Assembly (NCBI GenBank): GCA_950097015.1
Contig: CATNEN010000029.1
Location: forward strand, 1,922,001-1,986,000
Direction of reading: 5' to 3'
Length of the DNA: 64,000 nt
From: Macrostomum hystrix
Lineage: Eukaryota; Animalia; Platyhelminthes
The notes below the pieces were generated by a model. The model saw only the letters and a program-made list of their open reading frames with translations, did not search any database and was not told the DNA's origin. Below, in pieces: positions 22,701 through 35,400 of the stretch. Made by a program: the position numbers and the translations under genes. How positions within the stretch are numbered: the stretch's first letter is position 1; each line of letters starts with the position of its first letter.

Positions 22701-24929
22701 TGCAACTATTATTATAGGTAGGCCTAAACTAAACCTCACTAGACAGAACAAAAAAGGATGGACAGAATGCATTAAACATGCTATCAACAAGCAACTAGGT
22801 ACAAAATAGCTATACTCAGGGGCTTTTGCATTTGCTTCCTCTTTTAGTCATTGACTAGGCTCAATTGAACTATTTTTAGACTTGTATTAAACTTTTGCTA
22901 GAGCTATAAAATTGAATCTAAATATAGCTAGTGTGCTTCTGTATTTCTTAATTGAATTAGCTCTGAAGTCAAATATTACAGATTATCCCACTGTTTGGAA
23001 AAGTAAAATATGTATTTTTTAGTCCTAAATCATTTAAATCACATCAGTCCTTCCTTAATTTTAACCATGCATGCATTTTTTCTAGGCCCCTATCCTTAGC
23101 CAAAGACACAACAAACCAGTACACAATTTAATGTGTGCAAGTGCAATTTGAATTAAAATACAATTAGGGCAGGCCCTAATTATACTAATAAGCAACTTTT
23201 GATGGGTATTGGGGTAGGCCTATTGGTACATTGCAATGTCTGAGGCATCTGTTCATGGACAGTAATCACTGCCTTGACCAGCAACCTTAGCTGCTTAGCA
23301 AATGCCTTAATATGGTATCTCATAAATCTCATATGGTAACTCATTGTAGCCAAGACAATAATTCATTGACAGACACACATGGAAGAGTCCTAGGCCCACC
23401 ATGGCCTATGGCTATGCTATGTCTCTTGACCTGATAATATTACAATAGGTCATTGTACTTATGCATATTGTCATTGTACCAGCAGGTCATTGTACTTATG
23501 GTTATATAATATGCCAGATATGAGCTACATCTATTGTAGCAATCAAATGGACACAGATAGCTTCTCATTCTCTAGACTGCATCATACAGGACATAGATGA
23601 TGATGTAGGCCCAAATGATATTGTTTCTGTTTTGTTGGAGGCACTGCTATCTTTGATTGCCTCACAACAAAAACTGCTGCAAATACATAATTGAAGCATA
23701 GAACTGCAAGCATAGAAATATTTGGGACTAGCGAATGCAAATATTGCAAAAAATCTTGTCACGTCTAGAGCTATGGCAGTAGCATTGAACCTGAACAGTT
23801 CTGAAATGCTGTGAAAGAAGACATTATAAGTTCAGAGCGCCTTAGAACGAGAGCGATGCAGTCAATAGTATTTATTACAAAAATTTATTAGGAGTTAAGC
23901 AGAAAATCATCCAATAAAGGAAATAAAATCAAAAATATGTTTCAGTGAAAAAGTTTTACTGCTTGAATTCCTGGAAATGAGCAGCTGATTACTGACTCTG
24001 GTATAGACGCAATGTATATCAGTTATGCAAATTGATATAGGCCTACTTACGAGCGTATTTGAGATAAGTGTACATTAATGATTACACATTTCAGTTGTTT
24101 TGTGTCAAATTAAATATTTAAATCGCGTCCTGAGATTTACGCCATCAAAATGTAGCCATGTTAAATTCAGATTCTCGCAGACTTTTCAGTGCCAGTGATT
24201 ACCTGTATTTACGTAGTAGTACTAAATATTTGGTTCTAACAATATTGTTCCTCTTGTCAACATTTAACAAAGTACCTGTCACTGTCAGTTATGCAGATGC
24301 AGAAAATAGTTAAGACCTTTTGGGGCTTATACCCCAGAACTAAGCTAGCTTGCGGAATAATTGATGACAATACAATAATTGAGTTATTTGGAACTGTTTT
24401 TGGATTCTGTCAGTAACGTCTTCTGATCAAGAGTATTAAGTAGACAGATGATTCAGATATGTTATTTGCAGTGAATCGGAGAAATCTGACAAAAAGCCTT
24501 TGTTTTGCAAGCACGGCATATTCTTGCAAACTTGCACTCGTTATTTTACGACTTTTAAATTTGTACAACGCAGCGCTTTCTTGCATTCGTCGTAGTGAAT
24601 GAATTTAATTTAATATTACGAGTATATCACTATTAATGACGTTGCTGCCGTCGTCCGTATCACATCACTTTTTTATTTTTACTCTGTGCTTCTAACCGAT
24701 GTACATAAACGACAGGCTCTAAAACTTATACGACTTTTAATTGGACGACATGTTATGTAAATTGTATAAAAATATACTTAAATGTGTCTGAAATCTACTC
24801 CTAAATGATATATATTATGAGCTTCATAAACTAGCAAGTTTTGCCCCCCTTCGGGGAGCAGAAATATTTTTAATTCGTCCAGTATACACTTTTTAGCAGC
24901 TGTATTTTTAGCCTTTTTTACGCTACAAT

Positions 24930-26420
24930 GATCAGTTGACAATGATCCCCCAGTTGATAATGATCCCCCAGTTGATAATGATCCCCCGGTTGACAATGGT
25001 CCCTCAGTCGACAATGATTCCCAGTTGATGATGATCCCCCAGTTGACAATGATCCCCCAGTTGACAATGATCTGGGACAATGATCCCCCCAGTTGACAAT
25101 GGTCCCCCAGTCGACAATGATTCCCCAGTTGACAATGATCCCCCAGTTGATGATGATCCCGCAGTTCACAATGATCCCCCAGATGATGATGATCCACCAG
25201 TTGAAGATGATCACCCAGTTGACAATGATCCCCCAGTTGACATTGATCCCTCAGGTTACAATGATCCCCCCAGTTGATGATGATCCCCAGTTGATGATGA
25301 TCACCCAGTTGACAATGATCCCCAAGTTGACCATGATCCCCCATTTGATGATGATTCCCCAGTTGACAATGATCCCTCAGTTCACAATGATCCCCCAGTT
25401 GACAATGAACTCCCAGTTCACAATGATCCCCCAGTTGATGATGATCCCCCAGTTGATGATGATCCCCCATTTGAAAATGATCCCCCAGTTGACAATGATC
25501 CCCCAGTTGAGAATGATCCCCCAGTTGAGAATGATCCCCCAGTTAACAAAGATCCCCCAGTTCACAATGATCCCCCAGTTGATGAAGTCTCCCCATTGAT
25601 GATGATCCCCAGTTAACAATGTTCCTCCAGTTGACAATGTTCCCCCAGTTGACAATGATCCCCCAGTTGATGATGATCACCAAGTTGACAATGATCCCCC
25701 AGTTGACAATGATCCCCCAGTTGACAATGATCCCCCAGTTGACAATGATCCCCTAGTTGATGATGATCCCCCAGTTGAAAATGATCCGCCAGTTGACAAT
25801 GATCCCCCAGTTAACAAAGATCCCCCAGTTCACAATGATCCCCCAGTTGATGAAGTCTCCCCATTGATGATAATCCCCAGTTAACAATGTTCCTCCAGTT
25901 GACAATGTTCCCCGCAGTTGACAATGATCCCCCAGTTGACAATGATCCCGCCGGTTGACAATGAACCCCCAGTTGACAATGATCCCCCAGTTGATGATGA
26001 TCCCCCAGTTGACAATGATCCCCCAGTTGACAATGATCCCCCAGTTGACAATGAACCCCCAGTTGACAACGATCCCCCAGTTGACAATGATCCCCCAGTT
26101 GACAATGATCCCCCAGTTGACAATGATCCCACAGTTGACAATGATCCCCCAGTTGACAAAGATCCCCCAGTTGACAATGATCCCCAAGTTGACCATGATC
26201 CCCCAGTTGAGAATGATCCCCCAGTTGACAATGATCCCCCAGTTGACAATGATCCCCAAGTTGACCATGATCCCCCATTTGATGATGATTCCCCAGTTGA
26301 CAATTATCCCCCAGTTGACAATGATCCCACAGTTGACAATGATCCCCCAGTTGACAATGATCCCCAAGTTGACCATGATCCCCATTTTGATGATGACTCC
26401 CCAGTTGACGTTGATTTTTC
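24930..26420. repeat. 17-18-bp minisatellite (gatcccccagttgacaat)
   Basis: About 85 tandem units with an internal duplicated variant block; source of the DPPVDN, GDHCQL and IIVNWG ORFs. Confidence 0.97.
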
Positions 26421-26439
26421 AAACGCTGGGTTAGCCAAG

Positions 26440-29400
26440 ATTCAAACTCAGGTTTCGCCATGTTTTAAACTCTGGTGGGCTATGATTCAAACTCTCGTTT
26501 TACCATGATTCAAACTCTGGTTTAGCCATGATTCAAACTCTGGTTTAGCCATGATTCAGACGCTGTGATGATTTAAAGTCTGCTTTAGCCATGATTCAAA
26601 CTCTGTTTTAGCCATGATTTAAACTCTGGTGTAGCCATGATTCAAATTTAGCCATGATTCAAACGTTGGTTTAGCCATGATTCAGACTCTGGTTTAGCCA
26701 TGATTCAAACTCTGGTTTAGCCATGATTCAAACTCTGGTTAAGCCATGATTCGGACTCTGGTTTAGCCATGATTCAAACTCTGCTTTAGCCATGATTCGG
26801 ACTCTGGTTAAGCCATGATTCAAACTCTGGTTTAGCCATGTTTTAAACTCTGGTGGGCTATGATTCAAACTCTCGTTTTACCATGATTCAAACTCTGGTT
26901 TAGCCATGATTCAAACTCTGGTTTAGCCATGATTCAGACGCTGTGATGATTTAAAGTCTGCTTTAGCCATGATTCAAACTCTGTTTTAGCCATGATTTAA
27001 ACTCTGGTGTAGCCATGATTCAAATTTAGCCATGATTCAAACGTTGGTTTAGCCATGATTCAGACTCTGGTTTAGCCATGATTCAAACTCTGGTTTAGCC
27101 ATGATTCAAACTCTGGTTTAGCCATGATTCAGACGCTGTGATGATTTAAAGTCTGCTTTAGCCATGATTCAAACTCTGTTTTAGCCATGTTTTAAACTCT
27201 GGTGGGCTATGATTCAAACTCTCGTTTTACCATGATTCAAACTCTGGTTTAGCCATGATTCAAACTCTGGTTTAGCCATGATTCAGACGCTGTGATGATT
27301 TAAAGTCTGCTTTAGCCATGATTCAAACTCTGTTTTAGCCATGATTTAAACTCTGGTGTAGCCATGATTCAAATTTAGCCATGATTCAAACGTTGGTTTA
27401 GCCATGATTCAGACTCTGGTTTAGCCATGATTCAAACTCTGGTTTAGCCATGATTCAAACTCTGGTTTAGCCATGATTCAAACTCTGGTTTAGCCATGAT
27501 TCAAACTCTGGTTTAGCCATGATTCAAACTCTGGTTAAGCCATGATTCGGACTCTGGTTTAGCCATGATTCAAACTCTGCTTTAGCCATGATTCGGACTC
27601 TGGTTTAGCCATGATTCGGACTCTGGTTTAGCCATGATTCAAACTCTGGTTTAGCCATGATTCAAACTCTGGTTTAGCCATGATTCAAACGCTGGTTTAG
27701 CCATGATTCAAACTCTGGTTTAGCCATGATTCGGACTCTGGTTTAGCCATGATTCAGACTCTGGTTTAGCCATGATTCAGACTCTGGTTTAGCCATGATT
27801 CAAACGCTGGTTTAGCCATGATTCAAACTCTGGTTAAGCCATGATTCGGACTCTGGTTTAGCCATGATTCAAACTCTGCTTTAGCCATGATTCGGACTCT
27901 GGTTAAGCCATGATTCAAACTCTGGTTTAGCCATGATTCAAACTCTGGTTTAGCCATGATTCAGACTCTGGTTTAGCCATGATTCAGACGCTGGGTTAGC
28001 CATGATTGAAACTCTGGTTTAGCCATGATTCAAACTCTGGTTTAGCCATGATTCAGACTCTGGTTTAGCCATGATTCGGAGTCTGGTTTAGCCATGATTC
28101 AAAATCTGGTTTAGCCATGATTCAGACTCTGGTTTAGCCATGATTCAAACTCTGGTTTAGCCATGATTCAAACGTTGGTTTAGCCATGATTCAGACTCTG
28201 GTTTAGCCATGATTCAAACTCTCGTTTTACCATGATTCAAACTCTGGTTTAGCCATGATTCAAACTCTGGTTTAGCCATGATTCAGACGCTGTGATGATT
28301 TAAAGTCTGCTTTAGCCATGATTCAAACTCTGTTTTAGCCATGATTTAAACTCTGGTGTAGCCATGATTCAAATTTAGCCATGATTCAAACGTTGGTTTA
28401 GCCATGATTCAGACTCTGGTTTAGCCATGATTCAAACTCTGGTTTAGCCATGATTCAAACTCTGGTTTAGCCATGATTCAGACGCTGTGATGATTTAAAG
28501 TCTGCTTTAGCCATGATTCAAACTCTGTTTTAGCCATGTTTTAAACTCTGGTGGGCTATGATTCAAACTCTCGTTTTACCATGATTCAAACTCTGGTTTA
28601 GCCATGATTCAAACTCTGGTTTAGCCATGATTCAGACGCTGTGATGATTTAAAGTCTGCTTTAGCCATGATTCAAACTCTGTTTTAGCCATGATTTAAAC
28701 TCTGGTGTAGCCATGATTCAAATTTAGCCATGATTCAAACGTTGGTTTAGCCATGATTCAGACTCTGGTTTAGCCATGATTCAAACTCTGGTTTAGCCAT
28801 GATTCAAACTCTGGTTTAGCCATGATTCAAACTCTGGTTTAGCCATGATTCAAACTCTGGTTTAGCCATGATTCAAACTCTGGTTAAGCCATGATTCGGA
28901 CTCTGGTTTAGCCATGATTCAAACTCTGCTTTAGCCATGATTCGGACTCTGGTTTAGCCATGATTCGGACTCTGGTTTAGCCATGATTCAAACTCTGGTT
29001 TAGCCATGATTCAAACTCTGGTTTAGCCATGATTCAAACGCTGGTTTAGCCATGATTCAAACTCTGGTTTAGCCATGATTCGGACTCTGGTTTAGCCATG
29101 ATTCAGACTCTGGTTTAGCCATGATTCAGACTCTGGTTTAGCCATGATTCAAACGCTGGTTTAGCCATGATTCAAACTCTGGTTAAGCCATGATTCGGAC
29201 TCTGGTTTAGCCATGATTCAAACTCTGCTTTAGCCATGATTCGGACTCTGGTTAAGCCATGATTCAAACTCTGGTTTAGCCATGATTCAAACTCTGGTTT
29301 AGCCATGATTCAGACTCTGGTTTAGCCATGATTCAGACGCTGGGTTAGCCATGATTGAAACTCTGGTTTAGCCATGATTCAAACTCTGGTTTAGCCATGA

Positions 29401-29520
29401 TTCAGACTCTGGTTTAGCCATGATTCGGAGTCTGGTTTAGCCATGATTCAAAATCTGGTTTAGCCATGATTCAGACTCTGGTTTAGCCATGATTCAAACT
29501 CTATTGTTGCAATGATTCAA
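26440..29520. repeat. 23-bp satellite (gccatgattcaaactctggttta) with nested higher-order repeats
   Basis: About 130 units; diagnostic variants recur at ~350-380 bp and 1349 bp spacing. Confidence 0.98.
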
Positions 29521-30025
29521 ACTCATATTTTATTTACGAAATGAAAAAAATAAATTTAAATAGTCTTCAAACACTACTGGCTGAAAATTAGTCTAAATGA
29601 TTTGACGCAGTGCAGAATCGAACCCTAGCCTAGCCTAACTTATTCCTAGTGCCTACACATCGGCTATTCCGACTGTTGGTTAGTGGGTGCAAAAATCAGC
29701 CTTATAAAATGAATTCTCAAAGTTCTGGCTTTGTACAATGAAGTAAGAAAATAGAGTACACTCAGTCTCGCGGTTGGTTGTGTACATTTATTTCCAATTT
29801 GTCTCCAGAGTGCAGGCTTTAAATTCAATTAGCTAGGGGTTGTTGCGCAATTTGACGATGCAATTTCAATTCAGTGGCAGTGAGTAAAATTCTCAATAGG
29901 CCAAGATGTTTGACCTTTGAAAAATCATGTTTTTCGAATATTTAATCCCTTTAGCAATAAAGTTAAGCTTAATAAAAATACGTGTATAATTGTCCCCATA
30001 TTTGGCATCTTTTGGTGAAGAAATG

Positions 30026-30101
30026 GTGAAAATCGGTTGAGCCGTTCGGGAGAAAATCAATTACAAGCAACCAACCAAGCATTTCATTTTTAGTATATTA
30101 G
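30026..30101 (+). mobile_element. Helentron/HINE (DINE-1 or Lep1-like) non-autonomous element 3' end
   Basis: gaaaatcggttgagccgttc...short microsatellite...tttcatttttagtatattag matches the recalled architecture of non-autonomous Helentron-type ends. Confidence 0.45.
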
Positions 30102-30591
30102 AAATAATAAGTTAAGCCGCATGTATCTCTGTTGTCTGTTGTCTGTTCTGCACTCGTAGTGTGTGTTGTCCTGCTGCAAATGACTGTTGCAATGTCACTT
30201 CGGAGCACACTTTTTAATGTCTTTATAATTATATTGTAGTGTTATTTTTTACTATGTATGTTAGGCTACTCTTTGACTTTAGTTTATATATGTACATGTG
30301 TGTTTCCATGACCATAACTTTAGGTCTATTATAAAAAAATTGGCAATTTTGCAGTTTCTTTTGCAATATTATTAGCTAATTATTTGAAAAGTGAACACAG
30401 AAAAACAATTAGAATGTAAACTAGTGTGAATGCAAAACCAGGTTTTGTAGTTGTTAAAACCCAAACTAGGTTGATTCAGGCCTCCTATTTTACAGCTATG
30501 CAATGAATCATAGGGCCTATAATATATCCATCTCATATTTAGAAAAATATACATATAGCATTTTGATAAATAATTTAGGGTATGTATCAGT

Positions 30592-31011
30592 GGTACCTGG
30601 ACACTTCGTCATCTTACAACTTCGTCATCCAGATGACAATCTGTCCAATATCTCAGAGGGTGGATGACGAAGAGAATTAGACTTGTGGACACTTTGTCAT
30701 CTATAAAACAAAAGTTTTCAAAGTTAGAACAGAACCACCCCTCCTCACATCGTGTTGGCACCAATCTTTCAACTCTTATAATGAAATCAGTTTTGAGACC
30801 TCTTTTTGACAATTTAGAGTGTGAAGTGTGTTCAGACCTCTGCCCCACCACCCCACCCTCACTTTATTGATGACAAACTTGATTGCTTGTTATTAGTAGA
30901 TAACAAACTGACCAAACTTTAAAGCATGCCAATTGGCTGGATTATGAAGTATCCTACCTTTGCCTTCCAAATGGATGACAAAGTTGTATGATGACAAATT
31001 GTCTAGGATCC
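30592..31011. mobile_element. MITE with 40-bp TIRs and 8-9-bp TSD (Mutator-like)
   Basis: The left TIR (30592-30631) and the reverse complement of the right TIR (30972-31011) match at 33 of 40 positions; flanks are tgtatcagt and tgtatcagc. Confidence 0.8.
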
Positions 31012-31107
31012 TGTATCAGCATTGCTTTAGCCTTATTCTTAAGAGTTAATTATATTATTTTTAGTGTTTAATTATGCTCTATAGGCCTATTTTCTTCTTC
31101 TTGCTAG

Positions 31108-31389
31108 ACATACATGCACAACCTCCCAAATCTTAGCCGGCCTTGCAAGTTAGTTTTTGCTCTCATTTGCGACTTAGTTCGTTTCATTGCTCTATTTACG
31201 ACTTAGTTTGCTCTCATTTGCTCTCTTTTTCTCTCCCCTTTTTCCTTTTCTTCACGCCTTCCTTTTTGTCCCTTGGTCCCCCCTTTGATTTTTTTGCGCT
31301 TGGTCAATTGGTTTTTGCGACTTACCTTGCTTGGCCCTCGCTTCACCCAGCCGGTTTGGCCGGGTCGGCTGGGTGTTGCGCATGTATGT
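31108..31389. mobile_element. MITE with 15-bp TIRs and 6-bp TSD
   Basis: acatacatgcacaac ... gttgcgcatgtatgt (14 of 15 match), flanked on both sides by tgctag. Confidence 0.7.
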
Positions 31390-32453
31390 TGCTAGATAGG
31401 CCTAGGGTTTAATCTATAGGCCCTATAGAAATAATGTCTTTATTTGCCTTGTACTTATGATAAAAAAGTCCTGCTTTTAGTTCTATTAGTATTTGTAATC
31501 AAGCAACTAGTGTAATTTGCTAATTTATTAGCATACTCTTGGAGTACAATTAAACATATAAATCAAGTTGGCATACAAACAAGTTTCAACCTGTTTGGTA
31601 TAGACATATAGTATAGCTTTCTCCTTGGCATATACTATTCCAAGTTGCAAGTGAACTTTTTTAACTGTTAAAATTTTTTATAAATCTGGCTTTTAAATTA
31701 AATATGTTGGTATTTTCAAGATCCTAATAATTAGCTAAAACAAATTTATGCACTACTTTTTTGTAAATAAATCTGTATGTATTTTTATTGTATATTTTAA
31801 TTAAAAACTTGTTGCTTTTAAATTGTTGTTTGTAAAAATCTTTTTTACTACAATGTTTTATTAATTTTTTTAATTTGCACATTTGTGCACATTTAGCAAT
31901 TTTTTTTGAAAGTCGGCATACAAGGAGTAGTTCTTGGCATAAAATCAAATTTTAGTTTGGAGTACACCATGTCATGATTTATGGTTTATGGAATATGGTT
32001 TATATATGAATAATATGTATATATATATATATTTGTCTTTTTTGTTAAAATAAATATATATGTATATGTATATATAATGCATATGTAGTCCATATATTTG
32101 TGCATATTCTAGGTCAGCTTAGCTGTTTATCTTACATAGATTGATGCTTAATTTATTCATGAGTTTGTGGATATAAAATAATAAAAAGACTAAAACTACT
32201 ATGTGCTGTAAAAGTATCTGTAACACTAGCATGTTAGTTGTCCCAATATACATTGCCTTAGGCACAAAATATTCAATTTGATGAAGTCAGTTAGGTGAAT
32301 GTTTATTTGTGCAAGGCCTTGTGTATGAGACTGTCTAGAAAGTGACATTTTTTATTGTAGACTATATGGTGATGATGTTTTTGTGTGCTGTCTATATAAA
32401 TTTCTCATAATATTAAATTTGCAAAGCCAATTAATTGTAGCAATAAACAAGCC

Positions 32454-35400
32454 ATGCAAGTAAAACACATACAAAGAACAAGCGTTGCTGCTTGGTCTCC
32501 GATCAATCAGCAGCCAATGCTTTTAGCTGCTGGCACATCTGCTCATCAGTTAGATGCTTCATTCAGGTGAGTCTTCTCAGTTAAGCAGTGCTTTAAATTT
32601 GCTGAATTTGAAATACTTGAACTTATTTATAACTGTCTATACAGGTGCTTATAAGTAGTGTATTTAGAAAACTTACTGAAATATCTTGCTCTCTCATGCA
32701 CTTCCTATCCGAGCAGCACCTCCTCTACACTGGAACTATTCGAAGTCGATCTGGCCAATCCTGACACCGAATTGAAGCCCTCGGCTAGCATCGAGACACC
32801 CGACAGATTCTCTCGCCTGATGTGGGGCAGTCACGGCGCAGCCGACTCCGACCTTCCTTGGGGTGTCCTAGTCGGCGGCACCTCCCGCGGTAAACTAGTT
32901 GTGTACAACCCTGAGCGCCTAGCAACCAACGAATCGGCCGAGGTGTTCTCCCAGTCTGGCCACACCGGAGCCATCGGGGCCCTGGATTTGAATCCGTTCC
33001 AGAAAAATCTGCTGTGCACCGGCGCCGGGGAGTCAGAAATTTTCATCTGGGATTTGGACAATCCCACCGCTCAGCTGGCTCCCGGAAGTAAAAGTCAACC
33101 GGCCGACGATGTGCTGGGCATAGCCTGGAATCGTCAAGTGCCGCACATCCTCGGCAGCGTATTTGCCACCAGGTGCATTGTGTGGGATCTAAAGAAATCT
33201 GAGCCAATCATCAAGCTGACCGACAGTATGTGCCAGATGCGCTTGAAGCTCATCGCCTGGCATCCGAGGTAAATTTTTTGACGAAAAGTTTTCTTAATCA
33301 TATTCATATAGATTTCGCACCGAAGCTTTTGTCTGTAAAGTTCACTAGATTTTTTGCTGGAAGTTTAGCTAAATCAAATCTAAAAGCGTCGCAGCATTCA
33401 CAAACAGCTAGAACCTGTTAGGAACCGCTGCTAGAACCAGTTCAGAAACTGCAGCTAGAACCAGTTCAGAAACTGCAGCTAGAACCAGTTCAGGAACTGC
33501 AGCTCGAATCGGTTCAGGAACTGCAGCTAGAACCAGTTCAGGAACTGCATCTAGAACCAGTTCAGGAACTGCAGCTAGAACCAGTTCAGGAACTGCAGCT
33601 AGAACCAGTTCAGGAACTGCAGCTAGAACCAGTTCAGGAACTGCAGCTAGAACCAGTTCAGGAACTGCAGCTAGAACCAGTTCAGGAACTGCAGCTAGAA
33701 CCAGTTCAGGAACTGCAGCTAGAACCAGTTCAGGAACTGCAGCTAGAACCAGTTCAGGAACTGCAGCTAGAACCAGTTCAGGAACTGCAGCTAGAACCAG
33801 TTCAGGAACTGCAGCTAGAACCAGTTCAGGAACTGCAGCTAGAACCAGTTCAGGAACTGCAGCTAGAACCAGTCCAGGAACTGCAGCTAGAACCAGTCCA
33901 GGAACTGCAGCTAGAACCAGTTCAGAAACCGCTGCTAGAACCAGTTCAGGAACTGCAGCTCGAATCGGTTCAGGAACTGCAGCTAGAACTGGTTCAGGAA
34001 GCACAGCTAGACCAGACAACGTCTTATGTATCCTTATGCAGAGAAAATATTTCTAATTATGCAGAGTGGCAACCCAGCTGTGCCTGGCATCGGACGATGA
34101 TCAGACGCCACTAGTTCAGCTTTGGGATCTGCGCTTTGCCACTTCACCAGTACAGCAGCTCAACGCGCATACCAAGGGCATTCTGTCTATGCTCTGGAGT
34201 CCTTTTGATCCGGACTACCTGCTGACAACGGCTAAAGATAGCACTCTGATCTGTTGGGATCCGAATTCTAGCACTCCTGGAGGAGAAATCGCAGTCAAAG
34301 CTACGTTGCCTAATAGACTGATCTTCGATGCCGCTTGGAGTCCCAAACAGCCTTCGCTGCTTTGCGCCAGCTCCACTGACGGCCAGGTGAGAGCATTTTT
34401 CAATTATGATATCGATTTTTAGCTGTTCTTGGTCATTTATTCCATTTAGTCCATCGGTAGGTTGTCATTCACCTAGTCTTTTAGTGAGTTTCTTATCTTC
34501 TTTATATACCATTTTCCCTAATTAAACTGATTAATCAATATCATTGTAGTTGAGCGTACTGAACATTCTTGGCGGCTCGGACAGCGAAGACTCGAATGCC
34601 GCGGCCGCAGCTGCAGCAGCCAGGGCGGCCGCTTCCGCATCTGGCAGCGCCGATCCGTTCGCCCAGGTGCACCAGCCGGCTGCGCCAGCCCAGGTGTGGT
34701 ATCATTCTGGCAAAGCGCCAAAATGGCTGCGGCCCCGCTGCGGCGCCCGCTTCGGTTTCGGCGGCCGACTAGTGAGCTTCGGCTGTGAGCCGAGCGGAGA
34801 AGCCGCAGTCGGGCACCATCCACAGCAGCAGCAGTCGCCACAGCATCGTATGGCCAAGATTAGCCAGGTGGTGACCGAGCCTGAACTGGTTCGTCGGGCT
34901 GGCGATCTCGAGCGGGCCCTGTCGTCCGGCGCCGCCGATCTTAGCAGCCACTGCCGGACTCGAGCAGAATCGGCCAAGGACGAATCTGAGCGCCGGCTGT
35001 GGCAATTTTTGGAGACAAATTTTAGCGACGATCCGCGCACCCAGTTCCTTCGAATGCTTGGCTTCGAGGCAGAAGAAGCCGGTGCAGAGTCCGCCGAAGA
35101 GAAAGACGACGATCGCGCCAACGAAGCCGACAAGGCTGAAGATACTGACGAGTTCAGCGCCATCGCGGAGGAGGCCAAACCGCTTGGCTTGGCTGCGGCC
35201 ACAGAGGACGGCGCCGAGGATGCGGACCTAACTAAAGCGCTCATCGCTGGCCGCATTGAAGCTGCAGTCGGCCTCTGCCTGGACAAGGGCCGTCTAGCCG
35301 AGGCTGTCGTGCTAGCCGTAGCTGGCGGAGCTGAGCTCTACGAGCGGACCCAGGCGCGCCTGTTCCGTCTAATGAACAGCGGCACTGGCCGACTAATCCG

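Noticed and set aside
24778-26508. His/Cys-rich (GDHCQL)n, (DPPVDN)n and (IIVNWG)n ORFs as a metal-binding or structural protein
   Set aside because: An 18-bp unit leaves five of six frames open, and 17-bp units shift frames repeatedly; there is no splice or start context.
26440-29520. CRISPR array (23-38-bp repeats here and at 46170-47290 and 51951-53055)
   Set aside because: The units are contiguous with no unique spacers, there are no cas genes, and the context is eukaryotic.
33408-34019. (VPELVLAA)n ORF nested antisense in SEC31
   Set aside because: It is the translation of the 24-bp intronic minisatellite.
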